This document shows, piece by piece, positions 15,215-29,835 of a DNA stretch of 64,000 bases. Origin of the DNA: the human T2T-CHM13v2.0 reference genome, Homo sapiens; NCBI RefSeq assembly GCF_009914755.1, contig NC_060925.1. One strand, written 5' to 3'. The number at the start of each line of letters is the position of its first letter. Positions within the stretch are counted from its first letter, which is position 1. A program made the position numbers and the translations under genes. The notes beneath the pieces are model-generated. The model searched no databases, was not told the DNA's origin, and saw nothing but the letters and a program-made list of their open reading frames with translations.

Positions 15215-16179
15215 CCAGCTATAGTAACCAAAACAGCATGGTACTGGCATAAAAACAGACACACAGACTAATGGAACAAAATAGAGAACCCAGAAACAAA
15301 TCTACACGCCTACAGTGAACTCATTTTTGACAAAGGTGCCAAGAATACACACTGGGGAAGGCAGTCTTTTCAATAAATGGTGCTGGGAAAACTGAATATC
15401 CATATGCAAAAGAATGAAACTAGACTCCTATCCCTCACCATATACAAAATGAAATCTAAATGGATTAAAGACTTAAATCCAAGAACTCAAACTATGAAAC
15501 TACTACAAGAAAACGTTGGGGAAGCTCTCCATGATATTCATCTGGGCAAAGATCTCTTGAGTAACACCCACAAACACAGGCAACCAAAGCAAACAAGGAC
15601 AAATGGGATCATGTCAAGTTGAAAAGCTTCCCCACAGCAAAAGATACAAGCAACAAAGTGAAGAGACAACCCACAGAATCAGATAAAATATTTGCAAACT
15701 ACCCCTCTGACAAGCGATTAGTAACCAGAATATATAAGGAGCACAAACAACTGTATTGGAAAAAATCTAATAATCCAACCAAAAAATGGGGAAAGATTTG
15801 AATAGACATTTCTTAAGACATACAAAAGGCCAACAGGCATATGAAAAGGTGGTCAACATCATTGATCATCAAAAAGTGCAAATCAAAACTACAATGAGAT
15901 ATCATCTCACCCCAGTTAAAATGGTGTATATGCAAAAGACAGATAATAACAAATGCTGGTGAGGATATGGAGAAAGGGGAACACTTGTACACTGCAGTGG
16001 GAATGTAAATTAGCAGAACCACGATAGAGAACAGTTTGGAGGTTCCTCAAAAAACTAAAAATTGAGCTACCATATGATCCAGCAATCCCACTGCTGGGTA
16101 CATACCCAAAAGACAGGAAATCAGTATATGGAAGAGATATCTGCAATCCAATATTTGCTGCAGCAGTGTTTACAATAGC
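15215..16179 (+). mobile_element. L1MA-type LINE-1 ORF2 fragment
   Basis: gctatagtaaccaaaacagcatggtactggcataaaaacagacac... ; decayed ORF2 peptides (KWIKDLN, KRQPTE..KIFANY). Confidence 0.9.
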
Positions 16180-16428
16180 TCACTCTGACACCCAGACTAG
16201 AGTGCAGTGGCACGATCTCGGCTAACTGCAGCATTGACCTCAGCATCCCTAGTAGCTGGGAACACAGGCATGCACCACCACACCTGGCTAATTTTTCATT
16301 TTTATTTTTTGTGGAGACAGGGTCCCACTGTGTTGCCCAGAATGGTCTCGAACACCTGGGCTCAAGCAATCCTCTCGCCTCAACCTCCCAAAGTACTGGG
16401 ATTACAGGCATGAATCACTGCACCTGAC
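16180..16428 (-). mobile_element. AluJ, partial/internally deleted
   Basis: Alu antisense sequence abutting the L1 fragment. Confidence 0.85.
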
Positions 16429-16549
16429 TTAAATTTTCTCCTAATTACTTAAACTTGGTAGGATTATATATCACTTTTCATTTAATATTTTTAAAATAAA
16501 TTTTTAGTTTTCTATAAGAAACTTTTGTTTCCACACTTTCTAATCCCTT

Positions 16550-18100
16550 ATAATGATCTGTTTGTTTTGATTTCAGTATCACATTGTTTCAATTATTGTA
16601 GCTTCACAATAAATAAATGTTTTTTGGTTTTTATTATTTTAAATTGATACAGAATAATTGTACATATGGGGTAGAGGGTGATATTTTGATTCACAATACA
16701 TACATTTTAATATAAAACAAAGCCATTATCAATTTTATTCCAAAACTTTCTTGGCTATTTGTATAAACATTCTTTCTTCAGATAAACTTCAGTCAGTTTT
16801 TTAAGTTCCAAAACAAAAAAATCTCTCTATGATTTGTGTTAGGATGGCATTAAAATTGTAGATTAATAGGAGAAGAAATACTTCTTTATAAAATTTGATC
16901 TCTTTATTTAAATATTTTATTAAACTATGTGAAACTTCATAAATTTTATATAGGATTTACATGTGATTTTTTAAATTGGGTTGATAACCATTGATTCAAT
17001 ACATATTTGTTGAGCATCTACTATGTTCCCATCACTGTGTTAGCCTCTACTGAGCAAAACCAGAAATGACCCTTCTTCTACAAAGACATTATAGTTCCCT
17101 GTGGGAAAACTGATAGCAATCAAAGTACACAAAGAAACATAAACCAACAACAGTGTGAGAGCTACACATGACAGCACAGTCAGAAGATATGGCCTGGTCA
17201 GTTTCCCGAGGACGTGAATAACACCAGCTAACACATAGTTACCGTGTACAGGCAACCTTAGAATCCCCATTTCAAAGATGAGGAAAATGAGCCCGAGGAA
17301 CCTGCAGTAATCATCCTGACGCTACCCTCTAGCAAAGCAGTGGAGGGAGGATCTGAACCTAGGCAGTCTGGTTCTGGAGTCTGTGCTCTTAGCCATGAAT
17401 AAGTGAATGGGGACCTGAGGGAAATTATGGATTTCACCATGGGAGGCTATGGCACCGGGAGAGCAGTCAGGCAGAAATACCAGCACATGGTAAATCCTTT
17501 GTCCAACTGCCTAGTGCTGAATATTTTATCTGCCCACATTACTGAACTCTTTACAGCCCTATTAATGTCTCCATTTAGTCAGCTGGTAACTGTATTATCT
17601 GCACGTAATTTTATCAAGGTCTTTTAAAATATTTATATTAATTTAGCACCTTATTATACTAGATGAAACTTCCAAAAAGTACTCAATAACGCCACTGATT
17701 AACAGGCACCCCTGCTTATTCCTGACATTAATACTTCATTTAATAACTGAGATTTCATCAACTTTTGATGATAAAACTTTTTCACCTAACATTTATCAAC
17801 ATCCAGTGGAAAGCTGCTCTGTGTCAGCTATGGGTTGAGACTGATGTACTTCACCATATAAAAGAAGTATTTTCCTATTCTATTTTTTTTTTTACCAGAA
17901 ACTTTAAATCAGGAGAGCTTGCTGACCTTTATCAAGCACTTTTGAAATTTATTTAAGATGTTTCTATGATTTTTCTCCTTTGGCCTATTAACAAACTAAT
18001 TTAATTTTTTCAAGTTGAACCATCTGTGTACTTCTAAAACAAACTCTGATTGAGGTAGATCATTCTTTTAATTGCTTGCTAATATTTTACTTAAAATTTT
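16550..18100 (-). mobile_element. Ancient L1ME-type fragments interrupted by L2/MIR remnants (~16985-17395)
   Basis: Degenerate antisense L1 ORF2 motifs (ttcttggctatt, gttgaaccatc, tgctaatatttt); MIR core at ~17215-17395. Confidence 0.5.
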
Positions 18101-18979
18101 TATAACTATGTATGTATCTTCTAAGGTTGCAATAGAAAAATAGTTGCTAGAGTTATAACTATAGTTGTGTGGAACAGGAGGTTAAATTTGTTCTTCGATC
18201 TTAAAATATTTAACTCACTATGGCTTTAATTACTTTACTATCATAAATGATTATATTAAAGGATAACTACTTAATATAATAAATAATTACAGCCCAACCA
18301 GCTGTACATAAATAGTATAAATTTCCTTGGATAGGAAAAGCATTAGTTTTCTTCCTTGCTTACGTCGTACAAGTAAAGTTAGTGCTGATTACTATAGAAA
18401 CTGTGTGAAAACGCATCACAGAATTCTATCTTGTTCTTCTACATCATCTCTGGACATTTCTTCACTGCTTCAGAGTTTAATGTCTTAGCAGAGATTTCTG
18501 CACAGTTGCCTCTTAAGTTCTCATGGCCTCTGGAGCTCTGCGCATGCCTCTCATTCACAACTGACACTTGCACCTGCTCCCTCTTTCTGTAGTCACCTCA
18601 TCAGGCTTATCTATTTTATTCTTTTTTTTTATCACTTAAGAATTTGTTTTCCTATGGTGGTGGGGGGGGGGGCCTTTTTGTTTTATTGTGGTTAAAAAAA
18701 AAACACACATCACATAAAAGCAATCGCCTTAGCCATTTTTAGTTTGTATGGTTCAGTAGTATTAGGTATATGCACACTGACCTCCAGAACTTCTTAATCA
18801 TTCTTTTTTTAAAAAAACAACCCGGGTCTATTTCTCAATTCCACTGCTGCTTTATTTCTAATTCATTTATACCAGCTTTGCTGTATTAGGCCTTCTAATT
18901 TCCCTTATTACCTCTTCTCGCAGCTCAAGTTCAGCATCTAGTTCATTTATTCCCTTTCTTCTTAGCATTAAACTAAGAA

Positions 18980-19450
18980 GGCAGGATGAGTTTAAGCAGG
19001 AGGCGACATCACTAACAGGTGTCTAAGGAGAGAAGGGGCAAGTAGAGCAGGGGGCAGGTGGGAGGCCATGGCCAGTTAAAATGAGCAAAGTCTGAATGGA
19101 GGCAGCAGCCATCGGGTTGAAATAGAGGGTCACGGTCTAAAGGATACAGCAAGTAAAAAGGAGAGGGCCTTGAGGAAGAATTAGGCACAGAAAGAGGGAA
19201 AAGACACAGGTTTCCAGTTTGTGCAATGAGGGAAGAAGTGGTGCCATCAACGGAAACAAGGAGTTTAAGAGGAAGAGAGGTTTTAGAGGGAAGTCAAGAG
19301 CTAACTTTGGGCTTGAGTCAAGTGATTACGCTGGAAGCTCTCTAGCATGTAGTTAAGAAAGTCCAGAGAAAGGTAAATACTACAGATATGGATGTGATGA
19401 TTTGATAATCATTAACTTATGGTGGATGATAAGCTGAGACTGTAAGTACA
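18980..19450 (-). mobile_element. L2 remnant
   Basis: tttaagcaggagg.gacat, ggtgccatc, gagtttaagaggaagag, purine-rich antisense L2. Confidence 0.55.
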
Positions 19451-19470
19451 GTCTCTAAGAAAGCTTAGGG

Positions 19471-19825
<355 letters not shown>

Positions 19826-20109
19826 TTAAGAGATAGTGGGAGAATCAACTTAGCAATTTATCTTTTGTTAAAAGAACTATCCATTTCTTTGAAAGGTTCT
19901 ACATCTGGGCCATAAAGCTGGATACAGTTATTATAATGATTTTCATATTTATTATACTTGCTTATTCCTCAAGCCAAATACTTGTTTCTGCTCATTTTTC
20001 TTGATTAGGCTTGCTAGATAACTGTCTAATCTTAAGCAGTATTTTCAAAGAACTAGGTCTTATATTTAATTCTAGTATTTCTCTGACTTCAAACTTAATT
20101 AATTAGTTT

Positions 20110-20335
20110 GAAGGCAATGTAACAGTGGCTCAGGGCAGGGCTATGGAGTCAGACTAACCCAGATTAGATGCTTCCCTGACTGTTTGACTTAGAGCAAGTC
20201 CTTTAGTACGTCTTAGCCTCAGCTCCTTCATCTGCAAAATAGAAATAACCACCCCCAGATACCTTCACAGGGCTACTGTGAAGAATAAAGGGTATAAAGC
20301 CCTGTGCACAGAAAAGGATTGTTAAATGTTAGTAT
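20110..20335 (+). mobile_element. MIR
   Basis: ctatggagtcagac...gcaagtc...agcctcagctccttcatctgcaaaat core. Confidence 0.7.
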
Positions 20336-21541
20336 AGGCTTATAGGCTAAAATCGCAGTGTTTTTTTGTTAAATTTTTCTATCTGCTTTCTTTAAGCTTA
20401 TCTTGGCCTTCACAGTACTTCCCAGCTTCCAAATACCTTCATAAACCTCATTTCTTTTGATTCTCCATCCTCCAAGGTAGATACAAGGCACACTGTGCCC
20501 ACTGTACACATGGGGAAATAAACTCAATGTTAATGAACATGTTTAAGGTCACAAAACAAAGACATAGCACAGCCGGGTCTTGCCACAGCAATGAAGAACA
20601 TGGTACATTTGTCACAACTCCTTCTGCCAATGCTGGGTCCTAGTAATGAACAGTTTAGGTATAGCAGTGTCTTGAAACTTCTTTCCTCTCCTCCTAAACC
20701 TCACACACAACTGACCTTAAGAAGAGCAGTTTCAGCACATTGACGAGGACAAAAGCTAACCATAGAAGGTCCAAGAGAGAGTGGAGTGGTGGAGGCAGTC
20801 CATATGAACATCTCCTTTGAGGAATTCTGCTGTAAAAGGAGGCAGAGGGATGGGGCAGTGGCTGGAGGGGTGTGTGGTCATCTTAGTTGCTTGTATTTTC
20901 AGGATGGTAGTTTTATTAAGACCATCTGTATGCTGACGGAAGACAAGAGGAAATGAGAGCCAGTGAACAGAGAGCTGAACTAGGCAGAGGCACCGGCCAC
21001 TCATCCACCACAACAGGACAGAAGGCAAAATCTACCAGTCCATCTGCGGGCAGGCCAGTAGCTGGGGTGGTGGGGAGCAAGGAAGTTGTTTTCTCACTGC
21101 TTCTTAGTCAAATAAGATGACAGTCGTCACCTCCAAGGAAGGAGAGAAGGTGGCATTGGCAGTAGCATGTATTTCTCACACATCCATGTGTGTGAGAAAA
21201 CTGACTGAAAGCTTATAAGTGGCAAACCCATGGCCAATTTATAAGGAAATCAACAGCTGCTGGGTAGCACTTATCACTCGACCACCTAGTTATAACAGAC
21301 AGCACACTGAGCTACTTGAAAATAAGGATGACTGGGCTTTTCCCTTGGATGAGCTACAACTTAAAAGTAGAGTGCCAGATATTTATTGACAATCCTAACC
21401 CCAGGTATAGGGTAAACCTGCGAAGAGAAGACAGAATTCTTGTGGCTGAAAGAACTACCTGAAGGCCAGGTGGCTGTGTGGTATCAACTTGTAGTGCCTT
21501 TTGCTTTTATCAATTTCTGCACTTATAAGACAACCACAGGT

Positions 21542-21877
<336 letters not shown>

Positions 21878-24273
21878 TCAATGGCCCCGAAATATGGTCC
21901 CAAGTGGTAAATTCCTTTGAGAGTGTAATAACAGGAAAAATGCTCTGAAGAATTTATATGCTTCATTTAATGAAATGAAATATTCATCGGTACCTGAGAT
22001 GTATTATCGTAAAGCAAATTGAAAATAGACACTGCCTGCTGATTATTAAATTATAAAGTAAACATATAATTAATCCATAGGAACTAAGGATCCACAAAAG
22101 CCATCTTAAAGAGACAGAAGTTTTTTGTTTTTTAACAAAGCTTGAATGTAATAGGATCAAAGGTATCTTAACCCACATACAAATATAAACATATGTAAAG
22201 AATCAAAAGAAAAGGAATTCACTGCACGGGATGGAAAAACAGGCACAGTAGCAAATTACATGGAACAGAACAGAAGAAGGATGCCTTAACCAACAAAACA
22301 GGCCTTCCCCACAAAGGCCAGTTACTTAGCATAAGGTTATAAACTAGATTGAAGATGCATCAGATGCTCAAAGTGACACATACTTTTAAGAGCTAAAAGC
22401 TTTCTCATAAGCCCACACATACTGGCAGACAACATCAACTCCACAGGGAATGCTGAAACAGAGCTAGGCACTGACATGAAAAGATTAGTGACAAGGGAAC
22501 ACAGAGTCACTGAGAACATTGCAAACACCAGCAGGGAAGAGTTGCAAGAGAAGACAACTGGTCTTCTTGTGCAGAGGTGGTCCTGAGATGCACCAACTGA
22601 TTCCTAAGTGAGAGTCTATGGAAAGAATGCCAGCACATGTGCAGTGTAAGTCCACTGCATGGTGCTGGACTCTAAATCAGACAAAACATTTCCCAAATGA
22701 AACTAGGGTTAGCATGGAATGAGACTATCGGCAATCTTAAAAACAGACAGCTATTGATTTCGGTTCTTTCTGATTACATCAGTTGTTCAGCTTATGAAAA
22801 CGTATTGAGCTATCTACACTTAGGACATATGCACTCTCCTGTATATATGTTGTATTTTGATAAAAAAGTAAAACCAAAACATAAGAAAAGGAATATGCTG
22901 GAAAGCATTCACCCAAAGTATTAAAATTCTGCCGCTTTGATAAATTATTTATTCTATCTGCAAGATAAGATGAGCCCAAACAAAATGACCTCTTTAAAAC
23001 AACTCATTGTGAAAGGGAGAAGGTTTAAAAGTCAGTCAAGTATATATTGAGTGCAGTGAAGCTAAACTGTCTGTACATTGAGTGGTGCACATTGAAGAGC
23101 CTTGACTTTCCTACAGTCATGCTCCAGGTAGGTTCTAAAACCCAAGTCACACCATTTTTGCCTCCACCCAGAGATTAAAAAATAATAATTAACCCTTATC
23201 ACCTGAAGTTGAACAGGTTTAGCAGTATGTAGATCTTTTAAAAGGTAGATGTAATTCTTAATGACAACAGATATACGTGAAAAAGCGAATCATAGGCTGC
23301 CATCGTCATAGGGCTTATGCTATAAAATGCTACTTCTAAACCAGAGGATTTGCTGAAAGATGCTGTTCAGTGAGCAAAAGGGAAACACCCTCTGGCAATG
23401 CCACAGGGGCCAGGATGTGGCAAGATCACAATCTCTTCATCACTCTGTGCCTCAGTCTCTGAGCACAGCGACTTTGCACTGGCAAATTTACTCAGGAATG
23501 CCTTGAAAAACAAGATATGAAGAGGTCTGCCATGAAACTATGTATGATGACAAACACAGAAAATCAGGGCCAGGAGATGAAAGGATTGACCAGATACACT
23601 CACAGTAATGGTTACCACAATTGCTATGACTGAGCACAAAATGTGGTTCTTAACTTCCTCATAGAGCAAAAAAGGAAATAGCTCTCATAAGTTTCCTTCT
23701 ATTGATTCTCTACCACCTCTAGGCATAGCAGTGATCTATGTGCTGTGAGCAAAAAGACTGACTTCATGTATTTAAATGGCCAATTCCTTAATTAAGAAAG
23801 CTACCATATACATGGACAATCTCAGTGTTACCAATTTTGTCAAAAACACAGAGCTAGGTTCATAGCTACTTCCTTATTTTTCTGGCAGTTCACAATTCTC
23901 AAATTGGACAAACAGATTCTAAATGCCTTTTCCCATAAAGAACTGTGGGAAAATAGAATAAATGCAATTCTGCTTTCATTGATTTCAACAAACTAATGAA
24001 AATTAAGACATCAAGTACAGGGCTGCATCACTCAAGAGCAGTGAAAAAAGGCTGAAGGCATTGGAAAAAAAGATTCACACAAACTCACTGTTCTTGTTAC
24101 TACTACATTTTCAAGGCGAGAGGAGAAAACAAAAGTATTTTTAAAACAACTTCTAGAAATGCATATGCTTGAACCATAAAATATACCTTATACTGTCTGT
24201 AAAGAGTATAAAGATATAATTTAATACATGATTTGAAAGAGATGCAGTTTAGCTTTGGTAAGAAGAGCAGAGG

Positions 24274-24667
<394 letters not shown>

Positions 24668-24827
24668 CTAAGATCTCTCCAAATCTCACTCTATCTAAGT
24701 CTCAGCTCAAATGTCTCCTTACCAGAAGCCATCCCGGGGCACCTCTTAAAGTAGCACCTACACACTGCTCTTTATCCTCTCACACTGCTTTATTTTCAAG
24801 GCATGTATTACTGGGCCCTACTATATA

Positions 24828-25157
24828 GAGTCATGCGCCACATAATGATTCGGCCAATGATGGACCACGTATGTGTGAGAATGGTCCCATCAGACGGTAA
24901 TACCACATTTTCACTGTACATTTTCTGTATTTAGATACACAAACACTTGTCACTATGTTACAACTGCCTACAGTATTGAGTACAGTAACATGCTACAGGT
25001 CTGTAGCCTAGAAGCAATAGGCTATACCATACAACCAAGGTGTGTAATGGGCTATTCCATCTCGGTCTAAGTACACTCTTTGATGTTTGCACCATGATGA
25101 AATCGCCTAACGACACATTTCTCAAAACATACCCTGTTGTTAAATGGTATGTAACTG
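24828..25157. mobile_element. Tigger3/MER7-type DNA transposon fossil inserted in an L2 remnant (~24690-25285)
   Basis: Degenerate TIRs (gagtcatgcgccacataatg ... gttaaatggtatgtaactg), TA target duplication on both sides. Confidence 0.8.
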
Positions 25158-25570
25158 TACTTATTTCTTCCCTCACCAAGACACAGGATCCACACTAGGA
25201 ACTCAGTCAGCTGTGCTGCATCACCAGGGTCCAAAATACTAAGTAGCATCTAGCAGGTATACAAATAGTTTTTCAATGAAAGAACAGACCCATTCTAGTC
25301 CTGCAGTTCAAAACACTAGGTTCAGTGAAGCATCCTTGAATTTGTAGTCAAAGACAAAATTCTAATAGTGATTTAAGAATATAACTTTCAACAAAGCTTG
25401 AAGTTATAGGACTTCATCATTAATATTAGTAAGAAATTATACTAATATGCAACAATTACTGAAGATAACACACAAATGGTCAGGTCAGGTTCAAATCCTG
25501 GCTCTACTCTTTACTGTATAACCTTAACTTCTCTGTCTCAGTTTGTAAAATGGGGATTAAAAACAGCATT

Positions 25571-25868
25571 GGCCAGGCACGGTGTCTCACGTCTGTAATC
25601 CCAACACTTTGGGAGGCTGAGGTGGAAGTACTGCTTGAGTCCAGGAGTTTGACCAGCCTGGGCAACATAGCCAGACCTTGTCTCTACAGAAAAAAAAAAA
25701 AAATAGCTGGGCATGGTGGCACACGTCTGTGGTCCTAGCTACTTGGGAAGCTGAGGCAGGACGATGGCTTCAAACCAGGAATTTAAGGCTGCAGTGAGCT
25801 ATGACAGCACCAATGAACTACCTCCTGGGCAACAGAGCAAGACCCTGTCTCTAAAAAAATAGAAAAAA
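25571..25868 (+). mobile_element. AluJ inserted in a MIR
   Basis: Diverged dimer; TSD-like AACAGCA; MIR core (ctctgtctcagtttgtaaaatgggg) upstream. Confidence 0.9.
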
Positions 25869-27499
25869 CAACAGCACCTACTTCAGTATCAAAAGGATTA
25901 AAAAAGATTGCAGAGTGTTTATGACAATATAACTAAAAAAGTGAGGAAAGAATTGGAAAAATACTTCTGTTCATCATTTCCTCCGACAGTTACAAATTAA
26001 AGATAGGGCTTTGGCAACAGGAAATTTACTTTTATTTTTAAAATATGTACAATACAGTGTTCATTTTTTTAAAATAATATTTTTTCTCTACAAGTAAACA
26101 AAGAGAGAAGACAAGTTTGTGGTTATATGCTTTTCAAGTAAAAAGGTAAAAATAAATAAAATATCAAAAAGGTAAAATGTAAAAATGTGGAGTAGAAAAT
26201 ATTAAGGGCGGATCAGGAAACATGCAAAGCTCAAGCTGAGACATATGGCACCAGAGGGACATCCATGCCTGTCACTTCTGCAGTAGATCTGGGTGGGGCT
26301 CAGCCCACTGAGCATTAGGCTGTTCCCTGGGACATGGATGCCATGTGACGGTGGTGTGCATAGCTGGGCCAGCCATTGCTAGTGTGTTGTCTTTGGATTG
26401 GTGGGCTCCCACCAGCCACTGTCCTTGTATGTACAATCACTGGCGGTTCTGTCTCAAGGGAATACATATACTGCTTGTAAGAAGGTATGCAGATTTAAAT
26501 TTAGACCCAAGCAGGCATCAGCTCAGCCATTTGAACCTGAAAGCTGTGGGAAAGATTCTGAAAAGTGGTTGTGCTGCTGTGTTTGTCCTCAGTATATGTG
26601 CTGGATTGATATGAACAGGTTTGTGGCTGGACAGGCAAGCAAGAGACGATGGCATGATCAATGCTTAGTAAAGCCAAGTCTGTATGATTCTGAAGAACTG
26701 ACTAGTTCTGGATCCTGACATTTGTCTAGACCCTAATGTTGCTCAAATGGGTCTCCGGATACAGAGCATCAGCTGCCCCTCAGGCTATGGCACGGTTAGT
26801 TGTAAATCCCGAATTCATCCCCACATCCTAGGACAGAGAAGAAATGAAACAGGTTTCATAGGGTCCAGCTTCTACATAGTTGTCCAGGGCGAAGAGGGAG
26901 AAATGAGAAGTATTTCAGTAGCCCCTACAACAACAGAGTTGGCTTTTGTCGCATACTGCAGCCAGGAAAGCTGAGGGAAACAGCTGGAGCTCCAAGTAGT
27001 TGATTCTGGAAATGACTTCTTGGGTGACCACAGCGGCAGCTGCCCCACTTTAGCACCTGTTGGTAGCTACTCACACAGCCAGGGGAGGTGATCTGAAAGA
27101 CTCAGGTCGTTCATTTGCAACAGTAAATTTTAAATTCCAAGCTAGAAAAAATAAGTACTACATGGGAGAGAGAAAAAGAAGGTAGAAACATCTAAATAAA
27201 TTATGTTTACAGCTTCATGATACAGTGTTCATCCTCCAGGGAAATATCGTAATACAAGTCAGAGCTGGCTTGAACAGGGTTCTTAAATACTGGTGGTTAG
27301 CCTGATGCCAAAGAATCAAATAAGCCACCAACATCAATGATACCAATAGATATCATAGTATTAATCGATACATACCTTCTACTGTCTAAACGCTGGGGCT
27401 CCTTTAGCCAGTGAGCACCACATGAGCAAAGGAGAAAGGGAAATTTACCCAACATGCACCATATGCAAGTAAATACTTCAGATGTGGTTTGCCTACCTA

Positions 27500-27910
27500 C
27501 AACCACTTAATGGTTAGGACAAAGGCTTTGTCTGGAGCCCGACTTCATGGGTTCCTCCTTTGGCAGCTGTGGGATCTCAAGAAGATGACAATTTCACTAT
27601 GTTTCAGTTTGTTCATCTGAGAAAATGAGCCACCATCTAATGAGGTGGTTATTGTTTTTCTGATAGACTAATATACTAGGCTCATAGACCTAAAGCACTT
27701 ATAACAGCACCTGGCATACAGCAAGCACTCAATATATGTCGGCTACTTCTCATTTCCCTCACAGCACCCTCGTGAGGAAAATAAAACCCCACAATTAGGT
27801 GAACAGTGTTTTCCACTTACAGAGGAGGCATTTTACAAAGACAGGTAATTCACTTGCTCAGAGATACAGAAAGTGACAGAGGTAAGTAAATGCCATTCTT
27901 TCTCCACCGT
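27500..27910. mobile_element. MIR remnants (two, opposite orientation)
   Basis: tcagtttgttcatctgagaaaatg core (+); ttccacttacagaggagg..gtaattcacttgctcagag core (-). Confidence 0.55.
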
Positions 27911-29037
27911 GCAAGGCTGGCCGTGTTACTTACGCCGTTACCAGCTAAGGCCTACCGCAAAATAAAAAAGTCACAAACCTCTCAGTGAGTGACACTTCCT
28001 CAAGGAAGTCAGACTGTACTAAAAGGAAATCAGATTGTGCTAATCTTGACGTCTCATCTCAACTAAAAAAAAAAGGTATTGTTTTCCCAGGTACACAATG
28101 CCGAAGAAAACCACTGCCAAGTCTTAAAAGCAACCATCTCCCAGTGGGTTCGGTAGACCCCGGTCCTTCCCAAAGCAAGCCATAAGGGAACTCACATAGA
28201 GAAGGGGGAAAGAGAAAGGGAGGAGATTGATGGGTAAAAAGACCCACGACAGAACTTCAAAACAAAAAAATGTACACACGTATTTTGTCCCAGAGGCATC
28301 TGCTATGATTTATTAAACTGAAGCCAATAGCGCCCATTCTTAATGAATGAGCTGGCGTAGCTCCAATACACACACGGCACTGACACACAGGCTCAAGGCC
28401 TGCAGGGGCCTTTTTTCCCTCTGGGAGACACCTGACAGATCGCAGGTTGATCTTAAACAACTGGAAGCAAGATGTCAACGAGCAGATAAGATGGGCTTGC
28501 TCTTTTTTTCCATTCCAGGGATCCAATTTTTAGGAACTGTTGTATACGAGACATTAACCCGGGAGGTCAGGAAGCCTGATTTCCAGGCCTAAGATGTGCC
28601 AGGCGTCTCCCTCCGGGGGCGGGCTCCGCAAGCCGCCGGGCTGGTTGCTCGTCCGCCCGCCCCTCCCTCGCCCCTTCGGCATCCTCGGGAGGCCGGCGGC
28701 GGGAACAGGGCTGCCCCGGGCCACCTGCCATCTCCTCCGCCACCCTTCCAACAGTTGCTTCAGACTCAGGAGAGAGGCCGCCCTGGCCCCAGGAGCATGC
28801 TGTCAGCTCATTTCTCGACTCGCCGCCCTGCCCAAAGGCGGCTGCAGGAGGGCGCGCGGCGGCGTGGGTGGCAGCGGCGGGAAGCTGCCCGCCAGGACCC
28901 CTGGCCGAGCCGGCTCCCGCGGATCGCGCGCCGCAGCCGGAGGCGTGAGGCCCGGGCGACCCGTACCCCGGCCCGGGACCCCAGCCCCGCTGCCCCGCCG
29001 CCCCGGCCGACTCGGACGCCCGCCGCCGCCCACTCAC

Positions 29038-29308
29038 CGCCGCACTCGGCAGAGTACTGGTCCCCCCAGTCCCCGGACTGCGGGCTGCAGCCGCCGCCGC
29101 CCGCCGGGGCCTCCTGCTGCTGCCGGTGCTGCAGCTCCTGCTTGAGCAGGGAGAGCGGCGAGTAGTGCTCGGTGGCCAGGGCGCCTGGCCGCAGCCCGGC
29201 GGACAGGACCCCCAGCAGCAGCAGCAGCAGGACACGCCGGGCGGCGCCCGCGGCGGCCACAGCGCCGCCCCAGAAGCAGCAGCAGCAGCAGCAGCCGGCA
29301 GGTGCCAT
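29038..29308 (-). CDS. TTC13: TTC13 coding exon 1 (MAPAGCCCCCCFWGG...YSAECG), tetratricopeptide repeat protein 13
   Basis: ATG at 29308-29306 in GAAGATGG context; translation matches the TTC13 N-terminus; donor GCG|GTGAGT after 29038; 271 nt, phase 1. Confidence 0.96.

Positions 29309-29835
<527 letters not shown>

Noticed and set aside
28808-29037. Extension of the TTC13 ORF to 166 aa
   Set aside because: Reads through the GTGAGT donor into intron 1; the spliced frame continues in exon 2.
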